From contig JBHGNT010000015.1 of NCBI GenBank assembly GCA_043228905.1, positions 14,012,001-14,076,000 on the forward strand: 64,000 nucleotides of DNA, written 5' to 3'. Under the pieces are notes generated by a model. It saw only the letters and a list, made by a program, of their open reading frames with translations, had not been told where the DNA came from and searched no databases. The stretch comes from Azolla caroliniana. Taxonomy: Eukaryota > Plantae > Polypodiophyta. Numbering within the stretch: the first letter of the stretch is position 1; the number at the start of each line of letters is the position of its first letter. Positions 36,098-47,500 of this stretch are shown here, piece after piece. The translations under genes were made by a program, and so were the position numbers.

Positions 36098-39000
36098 CTA
36101 TACTTTTTCATCGATGCTTAAGACTGAATCGTCAAAAGCTTCGAATCCAATTTCTATTCTATCTCTTCTCTTGAAGATCTTGATTCTTTTACCGGCAATT
36201 GGCAAGGCAAGTGGTGTACCATCCAGTTCTACTAAATGATATGTTGCATTATCTTCCACTTTCTTCACCACATATGGTGCAAACCATCGTTGTGAGAATT
36301 TTCGAGCTGTACTATGTTGGTTATCTAGGCTACTATCATAGACTAGCACCCAATCTCCTTCAACGATTTTCCTCGGCCGAAGTCGATGTCGTTTATCGAA
36401 GTCTTTCTTGTTCTTTAGCCTTGCATTCTTTAGCCGCGCTTTAGCCACTTCTATATCTTCCAAATTTCGCTCTAATTGTCGAATCCTCAATGCTAGAAGA
36501 TCTTCTCTACTTATCTCATCTTGCCATGGCAATGCAAACCATGAAATAATACTTTGTTCTACAGGCATTATTGGCTTTTGTCCGAATATGAGCTCTGCCG
36601 GCATGTATATGGTCACCGTGCTATGAGTAGTCCTGTCAGCCCATAGTGCAAATGGCAATAGACACGGCCATTCCCCTATTTTCCTATGGCAAGCTTTCAC
36701 TAGAGCCTTCACAATCGGTCCATGTCCATGTTCCACCTTCCCATTTGCTTCCGGATTATACGCCATGGTAAGAGATAATTTGATTCCCATCTTCGAGAAG
36801 AATTCTCTAGCTTCATTGGCGTCCAACTCGCCTCTATCAGCCACTATCTTGCCGACGCATCCATATCTGCAAATAACATCTTCAAGAAGGAATTGGCATA
36901 CCGATGATGTCTCCTTAGTTCTTAATGCTCGCCCTTCAACTTGATTGGTAAGATCCTCTCTCGCGAGCACAAGATACTTCATCTGCCATCGTCCCATTGG
37001 CATCATCACTATGTCCACCATCCACTTGTAATGTATAGCCAATGGGTAAGTCGGATGAAGTCCATCTCGATAGCGAATATTCGAAAACATTTGACATTCC
37101 TTACATGTTTCCACATAAGCTGCTACATCTTTGTATATGCCCGGCCACCAATATTTCTCCTTAAGCTTCACAAACGTAGCCCATATTCCTCGATGGCCTG
37201 AAAAAACACTATCATGAAATTCAGACATTAGTTTTTGTTGGTCTTCTAGCTTGCAGACAACTCTCATCGGAGTCCCATTCTTCTTTTTTGCATGCCTCCA
37301 AAGAGCTCCATCCTTAAGGAAATACTTGTATGCCTTCTTCCGAATTCGATGGAAGCCTTCCGTCGACCATGATTCATCTTTTTGGAGAGAACTCAAGTAT
37401 TTCCCGATCTCCACGAATTCGCCTTCGTAGTCCTCTTCTATGAAAGTAGTCAACACCCGAGCATAGGAACTTGCAAAGAAATCCAAGCCAACATCATCTT
37501 CATCAGAATGTCGATCTTCTTCTCCATCGTATCTCGCTCGTGATAGCATGTCTGCAACGACATTACGCTTCCCAGCTACATGACGGATCTCCGGGTTGAG
37601 TGATTTGATATATGCAATCCAACGCAACATGGCAATATCCGGTGTATTACAACCAGATATCATACCCAAAATTGGTAGGCAATCTGTCTCAATTATGACT
37701 TCTGCTCCAATAAGGTAATCACGATCAGATTTGATTGCCGAGACGATCCCCCATAGCTCCCTCTTCACTTGGGCATACCTTCTTTGCCTGTCACTTAACA
37801 CTTTCGCGCCAAACCGAATTGCATATCGGTTGCAATCTTCATCTTCTTGGTTGATAGCCCATCCAATTCCGATTGGACTAGTGTCCACAGTCACGAAAAT
37901 CGGCTTGCCGTATGAATAGTCCGCTTTCCGTAATGCAGGTGCCTCCATCAATAATTTCTTCAGCCTTCGGATGGCGATTGTATGCTCGCTCGTCCATTCG
38001 AACATCTGCTTCTTCTTTAGTAGACCATATAATGGCTCAGCAATGTGGGCATAGTGTGGAATCCAAATATGATAAAACACGCATGCTCCAAGGAACCTTC
38101 GAACCTCCGTTTGGGTTACACATTCTTCTTTCATGTCTTGGATTGCATTCACCTTGGATGGCGAAGGCTTCCGATCGTATGCTCCACACAAGTGACCTAC
38201 CACCAGGATCTCTGATTGCCAGAATGCAGATTTTTCTCCCGAAAATGTCAAATTCGCATCTTCGAGCCTTTGGAGCACCTTCTCGCAATCTTTCATATGA
38301 TCCATGACGAACTTTCTACATCCATCCTTATCTTTTGATTCATCCTTCTCTTCATCCGAACATCCTTTTATCGGAATATCATCTAAGAATGGCATTGCGA
38401 TATCCGGGATGCAGTCCTTCAAGACCTTGTTCATGGCATTCACCATATGAGCCACCGAGTTCGTTGCGCCTTGAGGTAAGGTACACATCCACACCAACCC
38501 GATTGGAGTTCTCATGGTTGTAATGTCACGACTGTCGACCGCCAACTGGAATTGATCGTAGCCAGAGTAGAGATCGCCGATGGAGTAGATGGACCAGCCC
38601 GCAAACGCCTCGGCAAATTCATCCACACTCGGACCGATTCCAGCATTCCGAATTGTCACCTTGTTGACGGGTTGAAGATCTTGAATGAATCGCAACGATC
38701 CATTCTTCTTTGGCACCGTGAACCACCTATTAGAATAAGGAGCATTTGACGGTTCTAGAATTCCCATCCTTACCTTCTCCTTTAAGAGCTCGATCAGCTT
38801 CGATAGGTGTGCTCTCAGAACCGGTATCGGTTTCAAATTCCAAGGCACATGCGGCACCGTGAAGATCACCATCGGTTCTACCGTCCTTGGATTAGCACAC
38901 CCGATTTCTTGTGGGAAAAACGCGAAAGCCTTCCCATGTCTTTCAAGCATTGCACGAAACATCCGCTCCTCTTCAGGGAGGAGGAAATCCTCCCTTCCAA

Positions 39001-39145
39001 CTCGTAGCTTTCCCTTCGTCTCTTCAGTGAAGATGTGACCAATTGTATTTGGGTTCCTTAAGCTTGGATCTTTTGCAACTTCCTTCATCTTTTGCCAACT
39101 ATCTTTCGGTAGTGGAACTGCAACTGTCTTGATCTTCCTATCCAC
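36098..39145 (-). CDS. C1 pol (RT - RNase H - integrase), open 1015 aa
   Basis: Motifs RWFTVPKKNGSLRFIQDLQPVN, DLYSGYDQF, LPQGATNS, PFLDDIPIKG, VTVDTSP, ETDCLP, H..H..C..C zinc finger and AYNPEANGKVE. No chromodomain. A 1-nt frameshift at ~39155 separates it from the upstream linker ORF 39150-39476. Confidence 0.95.
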   Translation of the reverse strand: MDRKIKTVAVPLPKDSWQKMKEVAKDPSLRNPNTIGHIFTEETKGKLRVGREDFLLPEEERMFRAMLERHGKAFAFFPQEIGCANPRTVEPMVIFTVPHVPWNLKPIPVLRAHLSKLIELLKEKVRMGILEPSNAPYSNRWFTVPKKNGSLRFIQDLQPVNKVTIRNAGIGPSVDEFAEAFAGWSIYSIGDLYSGYDQFQLAVDSRDITTMRTPIGLVWMCTLPQGATNSVAHMVNAMNKVLKDCIPDIAMPFLDDIPIKGCSDEEKDESKDKDGCRKFVMDHMKDCEKVLQRLEDANLTFSGEKSAFWQSEILVVGHLCGAYDRKPSPSKVNAIQDMKEECVTQTEVRRFLGACVFYHIWIPHYAHIAEPLYGLLKKKQMFEWTSEHTIAIRRLKKLLMEAPALRKADYSYGKPIFVTVDTSPIGIGWAINQEDEDCNRYAIRFGAKVLSDRQRRYAQVKRELWGIVSAIKSDRDYLIGAEVIIETDCLPILGMISGCNTPDIAMLRWIAYIKSLNPEIRHVAGKRNVVADMLSRARYDGEEDRHSDEDDVGLDFFASSYARVLTTFIEEDYEGEFVEIGKYLSSLQKDESWSTEGFHRIRKKAYKYFLKDGALWRHAKKKNGTPMRVVCKLEDQQKLMSEFHDSVFSGHRGIWATFVKLKEKYWWPGIYKDVAAYVETCKECQMFSNIRYRDGLHPTYPLAIHYKWMVDIVMMPMGRWQMKYLVLAREDLTNQVEGRALRTKETSSVCQFLLEDVICRYGCVGKIVADRGELDANEAREFFSKMGIKLSLTMAYNPEANGKVEHGHGPIVKALVKACHRKIGEWPCLLPFALWADRTTHSTVTIYMPAELIFGQKPIMPVEQSIISWFALPWQDEISREDLLALRIRQLERNLEDIEVAKARLKNARLKNKKDFDKRHRLRPRKIVEGDWVLVYDSSLDNQHSTARKFSQRWFAPYVVKKVEDNATYHLVELDGTPLALPIAGKRIKIFKRRDRIEIGFEAFDDSVLSIDEKV

Positions 39146-39486
39146 GGTTTTATATTGTGTTGACTTCGGCTTCCTCTATCAAGATGCCTCGATGATATTC
39201 ATCGATGATAGTATACATGTTGACGGAGTTAACCGAAATCACATGTTGATGGTGAGGATAGCTCGAATCCACGACTTCCTCGATTTCGCCGATGGTGTCG
39301 TTAAATGAGGCTTCCTCCAGAATATATGACACGAATTCTTCTTCTTCGATTATGCTTTCTTCTTTCAGCACCTCCTCGAAGTCTTGTATCAGACACTTTT
39401 CCTTCTTGTTGAGTAGTCTAAGTTTGCATGCGCCGCCAGGTGTGACGCATGTTGCTTCTCCTTGCAATCCACGCACTTTGCTTCCT

Positions 39487-39551
39487 TGTGGGGACTTATG
39501 ATTGCTCGGACTATTTGTGCCCCATGCTTCAATAGTCCGCTTTAAAAATCC
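39487..39551 (-). promoter_or_regulatory. Putative programmed -1 ribosomal frameshift signal (GGAUUUU plus pseudoknot), element C1
   Basis: G GAT TTT TAA. The -1 frame is open into ORF 39150-39476. Stem CGGACTATT/AATAGTCCG; loop TGGGG can pair with downstream CCCCA. Confidence 0.75.
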
Positions 39552-41754
39552 GAGGATTCGACTCCAAGGCTATCTCGGTGCCTTTCATGATTAGCTCGCA
39601 CCGTCAGGAATTGAACGGATCTTTTACTATCAAGACTCTTGACGCGCGCGAAGGCTGCTCCATTATCGAACACCTTGGTCTCCATCCGGGACGATGTTAT
39701 ATATGGTTGTCCTAGGATGACGGGATGTGAAGCCGAGTCTTGCACGAAGAAGTGTTGATCAATCTCTACATCCCCGATCGTGACTTTAACGTTGGGGCAA
39801 GCTCCGTACAAGTCCTCCGTAGCCTTCGTCGTTGCTCGAATCTTCCATCCATGGTTTGTATTAATCGGCCATCTTCCTTTCTTGTAGAACTCGGTCGACA
39901 TGAGGTTGATCTCTGAGCCATGGTCAATCAAAGCGACCACGGTCTCTTTCTTCTCCCCAATCTTCACCGGTGTCTCCGTTGTCGCTCTTGCCCAATGAGG
40001 CCGCGAGTAATGGCTATTCGCCACCACTTCTTCTTCTTCCTCCTCTTCCGATCTTGCCATGGTTATGGCACTTGTTTTCACCTCCTCTTCATCAGATTGT
40101 TGCCGCTTCCTTTTAATAAGGTCCACGATAGTATCATGGAACTCCTTCGTGATCCCAAGTAGCTCTCTCAAGGTAAGGTCAACATGACTATCTAAAACCT
40201 TCTCCTCAAGGACCTTCCGCAAGTTAGTTGTTTGTTCTATGTCCGACCTTAGCTTGTAAGTCGGTGCCGCTCGTTCTTTTCCTTTCTTCGTTGATTCTTC
40301 GACTTCCATCCGAGCAGGTTGGCTCGATACACCGGGTTTCATGTTTGTTTCACCAATCTCTTTTCTTGGGATAGGTTGGGGTGGCCCTTCTTTCCCTCCG
40401 TTCCTCGTGTTAGGTCGCTTTGATGTGCCATCTTCTTCACCGGTTCTCTTCCTCTTCTCTTCGACAAGGGCTTCATAGGTGTCACACACAACCTCCGCAA
40501 AGCTTGTGTTTTCGTCGATTGGATCTGCCATCCGGTTGCTCGTCGCACGTTTCGGTCAGCAAGTTTTAGATCCTCCGAATTGATTTTGACTTTTTCTTCG
40601 CACTCGAAGACCATTGGCCAAAACCCAGCTCCTGGCTTGATCATTTTAAGATTCTCTTTTCCAACTCGTATCCCAGCTGAAGCAGCATAGTGCATAGCCT
40701 CCACATGCCTTGCATCTTCTTCTTCTACAATCTTTTTCAGCCCACCTCTTCCGAAGTTCACTCGTAGTGGCTTCCGGGTCTCGCTCGAGTGAATCATGTT
40801 GCCGTCCAAATAGACGACATTCTTGCGGATCGCATCTTGCAAGTCAGCACATTCCCTTCGTGAGTGTTCAAAGCTATCGCGCCACACACATCTATACGCT
40901 TCTTTTCCCTTGGGCCCGCGTCGACCTAAGTTGGCTAGCGATACCGCTTCAAACTTCTTGGAGAGCTCTTCGATTATAGACTCCTCCATTGCTTTCTTGT
41001 CGAAATTGTTGATCAGCTTACTAGGCTCAATCATCATATGTGCCTTCTTCCACAATTGTGGATTCTCGACCTCAGCTTCCTCTTGCCATTGTCACCGCTT
41101 ATCAAAACGGCTGCAAGCCTTCTTCACCGCCGCCTAGTCCGCTACCAAACCATTTTGTTGTGTTTCGTCCTCCAAGAAACTGCCCAATTCTCGCCGATCT
41201 TTCGCATCCATTGACTTTAGGAATAGTAAGACTTTATCTCCGTCAAGAACTCGTTGCTCGACACTCGGAAGTCGGTTGTACTTCTGGTCGAATTCGGCAC
41301 AAATTCCCGATGCACACAGATTCTTCCCTTTCTTCTCGATCCAATTCATTAACGTATGCCGAGTCATCCGTGATGCATCTTCAAGCATGTATTCAGTGAG
41401 AAGAGCCCTTTCGAACTGCGCCCAAGTTGCATGCTCGTTTTGGATCTCCATCACGCGCTCACGGATCCCGGGTTCTACCACACGCTTAAAGCTTGAAATT
41501 TGTTTTGGATCATGGACATCTCTTTGTTGCATCTCGTTCCGGTAGGTAGCAAGGAAATTTGTGATGTTCTTCCCACCGAATCTTCCAACTGTCTCCACAG
41601 TTCGGTCAACAGCTTTGTTGACTAAAGCCTCCCAATCTCTCTCTTTCAGCATGAATTCGACGACGGACCCCATACCTTTCGTCAATTCTTCTCCTTGAGT
41701 TCCACTTGTCAAACCCATCTTCGTACTTGATATCCTCCTACTGCCTTGTTTCAC
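39542..41754 (-). pseudogene. C1 gag-protease (one stop, about two frameshifts)
   Basis: ORF pieces 41134-41754, 40339-41055 and 39542-40531. Decayed zinc knuckle CVWRDSFEHSRREC and aspartic protease ALIDHGSEINLM. Ends ...SSDF*. Confidence 0.9.
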
Positions 41755-41767
41755 GTCGGGTTCACCA
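41751..41767 (-). promoter_or_regulatory. Primer-binding site, probably tRNA-Trp
   Basis: TGGTGAACCCGACGTGA lies 4 nt from the 5' LTR. It is complementary to ...TCACGTCGGGTTCACCA, recalled as the 3' end of plant cytosolic tRNA-Trp. Confidence 0.75.
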
Positions 41768-41771
41768 AAGA

Positions 41772-43238
41772 TGTCGCGAAAATACGACGAGGATACGTGA
41801 ACTTTGAGGCAGGACCCCGGGACCTCCGACCGGAAGATATCGGATTCGTATGATTATATTAAACAATTAATACAAAATGATAAAGATTCACAAATTTCAT
41901 TATATATAGGGAAAGAAAGATTACAATTAATCCCAAGATTGGGATTACAAAAATTTGCTAATGGAGATGACTAGAGTAATAGATTAGAATAAATGAAATA
42001 TGGATTTAATTACAATATTAGGGTTTTTAGCTTCAATTCGAAAATTAGGGTTTTTGAGTTATATGGCTTTGATTAGGAAATTAGGGTTTATGACTTCCGT
42101 AAGGAAATTTAGGGTTCTTGGCTTCGATAAGATAAGAGAGCTTCGAAGGAAAAGAAGAACAATATAATATGGAGAGAGCATCTGAGTATAGGAAAAAAAA
42201 TGGAATTATATATGGAGTTCCTCGTTGATCATATGCCTCCACTTTTTGTTGCATGGCCTCTACTTTTAGTTGCATAGCTTTTCCTTTCGTTGAATCTATT
42301 TTTAGTTGCATGGCTTTTTCTTTAGTTGCATGTGACCGTCCACTTGACCTTTACTTTAGTCTCTTTTACCTTTCTTTAAATAGCCACATGATCCTTTTAT
42401 CCGTTCGATTTGCGTCCAACCTCGTACAGTCGCCGGTTCCGCCCGATCGCCGAATCCCTCGCCGGACGGTTCCATTTTGCTTGCCGGCCGGTTCCGGTTC
42501 CGGTTTTGCTTGTCGACCGGTTCCGGTTTGCTTGCCGGTTCCGGTTCCAGTTTTGCTTACCGGCCGGTTTCCGGTTTGCATACCGGTTCCGGTTCCAGTT
42601 TTGCTTACCGGCCGGTTTCCGGTTTTGCTTACCGGCCGGTTCCGATTTTCATACCGGTTCCGGTTCCGGTTTTGCTTACCGATCGGTTCCGGTTTTGCTT
42701 ACCGATCGGTTCCGGTTTTGCTTGCCGGCCGGATCCGGTTTACTTGCCGGTTTCGGTTCTGGTTTTGCTTGCCGGTTCCGATTCCAGTTTTGCATACCAG
42801 CCGGTTTCCGGTTCCAGTTTGCATACCAGCCAGTTTCCAGTTCTTGTTTGTATACCAGCCGGTTTCCGGATTTGCTTACCGGACCCGTTTTCCGGATTTG
42901 CTTACCGACCGGTTTCCGGATTTAGGGAATTTGGCCACCATCATCCATCAAGACAAAGTGGCCAAAGTGCTCTTAGAACAAATGAAAAATGAGGGAGCTC
43001 AAGTTGCTTATATAGCCAGGGCCTTAAGTTTCCTATCTATGTGGGATAGTTCGAATTTCTCTATCTTCTCAAACTTTATTTTTTCACATAACTTGATATG
43101 TATTTCTCCATTTTGTTTATAGTAAAATATATTTTGAAGCTCTTGAGTATATCCATCTTTCTATAGTAAGCTACTAATCTAATCTATAATAATTATTTCA
43201 TTATTATTTTTACATAGTGTGTGAAGATTTACAAGACA
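41772..43238 (-). repeat. C1 5' LTR (CCGGTT-rich minisatellite at 42460-42920)
   Basis: TG...CA ends, adjacent PBS, matches 33551-36030. Confidence 0.95.
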
Positions 43239-43692
43239 CCAGTGTCCTATGGCGGCCGGATCCCATAGACTTGGGTCTGACGCGACCCCTTTCATCCGTA
43301 ACTTGCTGCCCTCCGGAAAGGGTGCCACGACTGGCCTCACCTTCCGGTCCACAGTCTTGTACTTCATATGCACCTGGGCCGTCCGATCCAACTCGACCCT
43401 CTCCTCGAAGTCGGTGGTGACTTCGTACATCATTTCCAAACTAACGGGAATCGTTCCGTCTTCGTTGACGCCTTCTTCGAACACCTTCTTTAATTCCCCC
43501 AAGGTGTCGTCGAAAGAGACCGCCTCCACGGCTCTACCAATCTCATCATCGGGTTCTAGGACTCCGCACACCTTGAGACGTCCCTCCGCCCGTTTCTTCT
43601 CCCAGCTGCTAATGTCGGTTATCGTACAGCCTCTGTTGTCGCAGAACCAAAATTTCCTACCTAGAGTACAGGGTTTCCTTCTTATGATACAC

Positions 43693-43760
43693 TTGTGGGG
43701 TTTTTTCGGGGTGTCCGGACTACCGCAGACCCACTCCTTGATAGCCCTCTCTAAAAATCC
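43693..43760 (-). promoter_or_regulatory. Putative programmed -1 frameshift signal, element C2
   Basis: G GAT TTT TAG. The -1 frame is open into ORF 43179-43571. Stem GGGCTATC/GGTAGTCC (G-U pairs); loop GTGGG can pair with downstream CCCAC. Confidence 0.75.
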
Positions 43761-44587
43761 CCCTGGCTTTCGCCACCTAGGGTCTCGCGGTTGCGCTCGT
43801 GGTTCGGTCGCACCGTCAGAAATTGGACAGAGTGTCGCTCATCTTGGTTCTTCATGTGTGCGTATGTTGAACTGTTATCCAGCACTTTCATCTCCATGCG
43901 TGCTACCGTAATGTATGGTTCTCGGAGTATCATCGGATGTGGGGATGTCCCCTGCACGAAGAAGTGCTGGTCAATCTCGACATCGCCGATCTTCACCCGT
44001 ACATTTGGGTTGGCCCCGTGTAGCTCCTCCATGGCGCATGTCCCCACTCGTATTTTCCACCTGTGCTTGGTGTTGATCGGCCACTTTCCCTTCTTGTAGA
44101 AGTTCATAAACATCAGGTTGATCTCCGAACCGAGGTCTACCAACGCCACAACCGGATCCTGGACGTCTCCGATCATAACCGGGGTCTCCGTAGTGGCTCT
44201 TGCCCAGTGCAGCTTCGAATAGTGGCTTTCCGCCAACTCGTCTTCTAGGGCCATGTCTTCTTGGTAACACTTTTGGCAGATCGTGTTCCTAATCGGTAAC
44301 ACTTTTGGCACGCTTGGTGATCTGTGACTTCTCACATACGAACAACGACGAATGGATGTTTAGACGCAGACACCCCAGAGAACCTGCACGACAAGACCGG
44401 CCAATCACAAGGTCCATCACACGCTAGGCAGAGGAACGTGCACGGCAAAAGCCTCACCTCAACGACCTCAATACTACCTATCGTGATTACAAAGGTGATT
44501 CTTCGCTCTCCAAATACCTCGACGATACACGGGGAGCACGCTCCACAGCAACAGTGTGGTCTTTCCCGACCCGCCGTAGCCCCCAAC

Positions 44588-47500
44588 ATGGCCTTTGCCT
44601 ATCCCCGCTTTAACGGTGAAACCGACGTAGCCACCCATATTCAATGTTTGGAATGCAAACCACATGGCGCAGAGCCTTTCGGAGGCGGTCACGCACCAGT
44701 CGAAAATGACAGAGTTCGGGTTAACATTGGATGGGCGAGCAGCATTTTGGCATTCACAGATGGATTTGCCAGCAATCACAACCTTCGATCAGCTGCAGTC
44801 CACTTTCTTGCAGTTCTTCCATCGGAGGGTTCCACAACGCGAAATCCTCGAATAGTTCTACACGATTAAGCAACTGCCAACCGAGACGATCGCAAACTTC
44901 AGCTTACATTTCCAAAATTTACTGCAGAAACTAGAATGGAGCCCTGCGGAGGACGAGGCTCGAGAGACATTTCTGGCAGCATTACACCAACCCATACGGG
45001 CAACGCTCAACAATAATAGCGTGAAAGGGGAAACGACGGATATGGTCATTGAACGAGCATTACATCTCTAGTTGGAGGAGGAGAAGGAAAGGTTTTCTAT
45101 GTCCTCCTTACGACAAGCGTTACCCCAGGACGAGGAACGCCAGTTTCGTCAAGCACTCCAGTGCACGATTTGCTTGAACTCAGGGCATTCCGCAGTGCAG
45201 TGCAACATGCGAATCCACTGCCCAATCTGCCACTCGAAGGCCCACACCGTCGACCAATGCGAATACAATATGTTGAACAGAGCCACTCCCACAGTACATA
45301 GCATGGACACATAGCGTCCCTCACGCCGTACTGAACAAAGGAGGCAAGAGGACCGACCACAACATGTGGATCGCAACCCACGTGATGACCGGCACCACCG
45401 GAATCGCCGAAATCACAACGATTCCGAGGAAGACGAACCAGAGGACGAGGATTATCGTGGACCTCCGAGTTATGCTAAAGGGGGACCGGTGCTATGAGAA
45501 TCATTGGCCGCCAAACAAACATGGCGGCTTCAATGGTTATTGTGGGAAGCCACGGCAATATCGAGATCACCGGCGTTACGACGAAAGCTCGGGAGATGAA
45601 CGACACCAAGGACCACGTCGGGACCAACATCAACCATTGCGTGTGTTCCAACAAACGAGGCCGGACTGTGAGGAGCAAGTCGCACCAGGGGATCGGCACA
45701 CACCACTAGGAGCCGAGAAGGGAGAATCAAGCATCCATTGTTTTGTTTGTCAGCAGCTGGGCCATTATGGCACGCATTGCCCAGCACGCAAGGGCAAGGG
45801 GCCTGCCATCCATACGATTATGGCGGAAGTGCAACAAGTCACGACATGCCAGCAAACAAAAATGGTTGACTGGGCCGCGCAAGATGAGATACGACGACAA
45901 GCCCAGACATGGGTGGAAAAAGCAAATGCGCCCAATACAGAGCGCATGCGGAAGGAGTCCGCGAATATGAGGGAGCGAGCGGAGGACGAAGGATTGGTCC
46001 CGGACCCCATTTGGCAGGCATTAGTGGGCTGCGAGAAAACGTTAACCATGGAGAAGCTGCTGCAGCTCGTCCCACGCTTCCGCTAGACCATGGAAGAATG
46101 GGTGACGGGCATACCAGGGGTGAGCTTCGCTACAAACCTTATAGACATTAGCGATGGACCGCCTATAGTGGATCACCACAACCCGGCTATTACATTGATA
46201 TTACACGGACAAGAAATTTTTGGATGCGTAATCGATGGCGGCTCAGGCGTTAATGTAATTAGCGCGAAAACTTGCGAGGAGTTAGGCATTTCAGAAGGAT
46301 ATTACACGGATAGGAAATTCCTGATGTGTAATCGATGGCGGCTCAGGCGTTAATGTAATTAGCGCGAAAACTTGCGAGGAGTTAGGCATTTCAGAAGGAT
46401 ATTACACGGATAGGAAATTCCTGATGTGTAATCGATGGCGGCTCAGGCGTTAATGTAATTAGCGCGAAAACTTGCGAGGAGTTAGGCATTTCAGAATGGG
46501 AGGCTTGCCCATTCTGGCTCCGAATGGCAGATACCTCCTCAATACGACCATTGGGGTTAATTCGCAAGATAGGCATTATCGTGGGCGAACATCGCTTCGA
46601 CATCTTGGCGGTCGTCCTCGTCTTGGACGCCCCAGGGGCGTACCCAGTGCTTCTAGGTAGACCATGGCTTCGGGCAGCAAATATCAAGCAGAGCTGGCAA
46701 CACAAGTGTATCAGTTTCCGACACAGACGCACTAAGGTTCGCGTACCTACGAAAGGAAGCACGCCACAACCCAAGGGTATAACACCATTATACGCAGAAG
46801 ATATAAATATGCTGGCTGGGGTGGAGGATGTAGAATTAGAGGCATACCTAGATGAGCACCCTCGGATCATTCCGCTGTTCGAAATCGACGTCATCGCAAC
46901 TGCGGCAGACTATGCCACGACCACTATTCTCCATGACAAGGCTTACGAACCAAACCCAGAGTCCATATTGGAACTCAGAAGAGCACGGGCAACATTCGAA
47001 AGGGAAATGGAAATTTCACGACGAGTCACCGCCTCTGCCCTAGACGAAGTAAATGTGGGTACGGAGTCGGAACCCCATTTCCTCTCCATCGCAAAGGAAT
47101 TAAGGCCGAAGTAGAGAAACACGATGATCGCACTACTCAAGAAATATAAAGATGTGTTCGCTTGGGCTCACGAGGACATGAAGGGGTTAGATCCCAAGTT
47201 CTATCAACATAAGATCAATTTAGCAACCGACGCAAAACCCGTCCAGCAGCGCCGCTACCGCATGAACCCGAACTACACGACCCGCGTAAAAGAAGAAATT
47301 GACAAACTCCTGAAGGCGGGGTTCATATAGCCAGTTAAACAAGCCACATGGTTAAGTCCGATAGTAGTCGTCCCAAAGAAAAACGGCAAAATACGGGTAT
47401 GCGTGGATTACCGAAAATTAAACGTTGTAACCATTACAGACGCATTCCCTTTACCATTCACCGATAGCGTACTGGACGCCGTCGTAGGACATGAGATGTA

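Larger units (their letters stand above)
33551..43238 (-). mobile_element. Full-length fungal-like Ty3/Gypsy element C1 with two LTRs
   Basis: LTRs 33551-36030 and 41772-43238 (TGTCG...GACA). 4-bp TSD CCGG/CCAG; removing the element restores host codons G-H-R-F-T. PPT at 36031-36042, PBS at 41751-41767. Confidence 0.96.
29954..44260 (-). mobile_element. Fungal-like Ty3/Gypsy element C2 (3' LTR 29954-30588; 5' end lost), split by element C1
   Basis: TGTCG...CAACA LTR with PPT GGTGGGGGCAGA. Decayed pol at 30662-33550 (RFIQDLQPVNKVTIRNAG, FLDDIPIKG, AYNPEANGKVER) resumes at 43239 (YKTVDRKVRPV). Protease ALVDLGSEINLM at 43751-44260. Confidence 0.92.

Noticed and set aside
41751-41767. tRNA gene
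   Set aside because: Only the 17-nt 3' end including CCA is present next to an LTR, so it is a primer-binding site.
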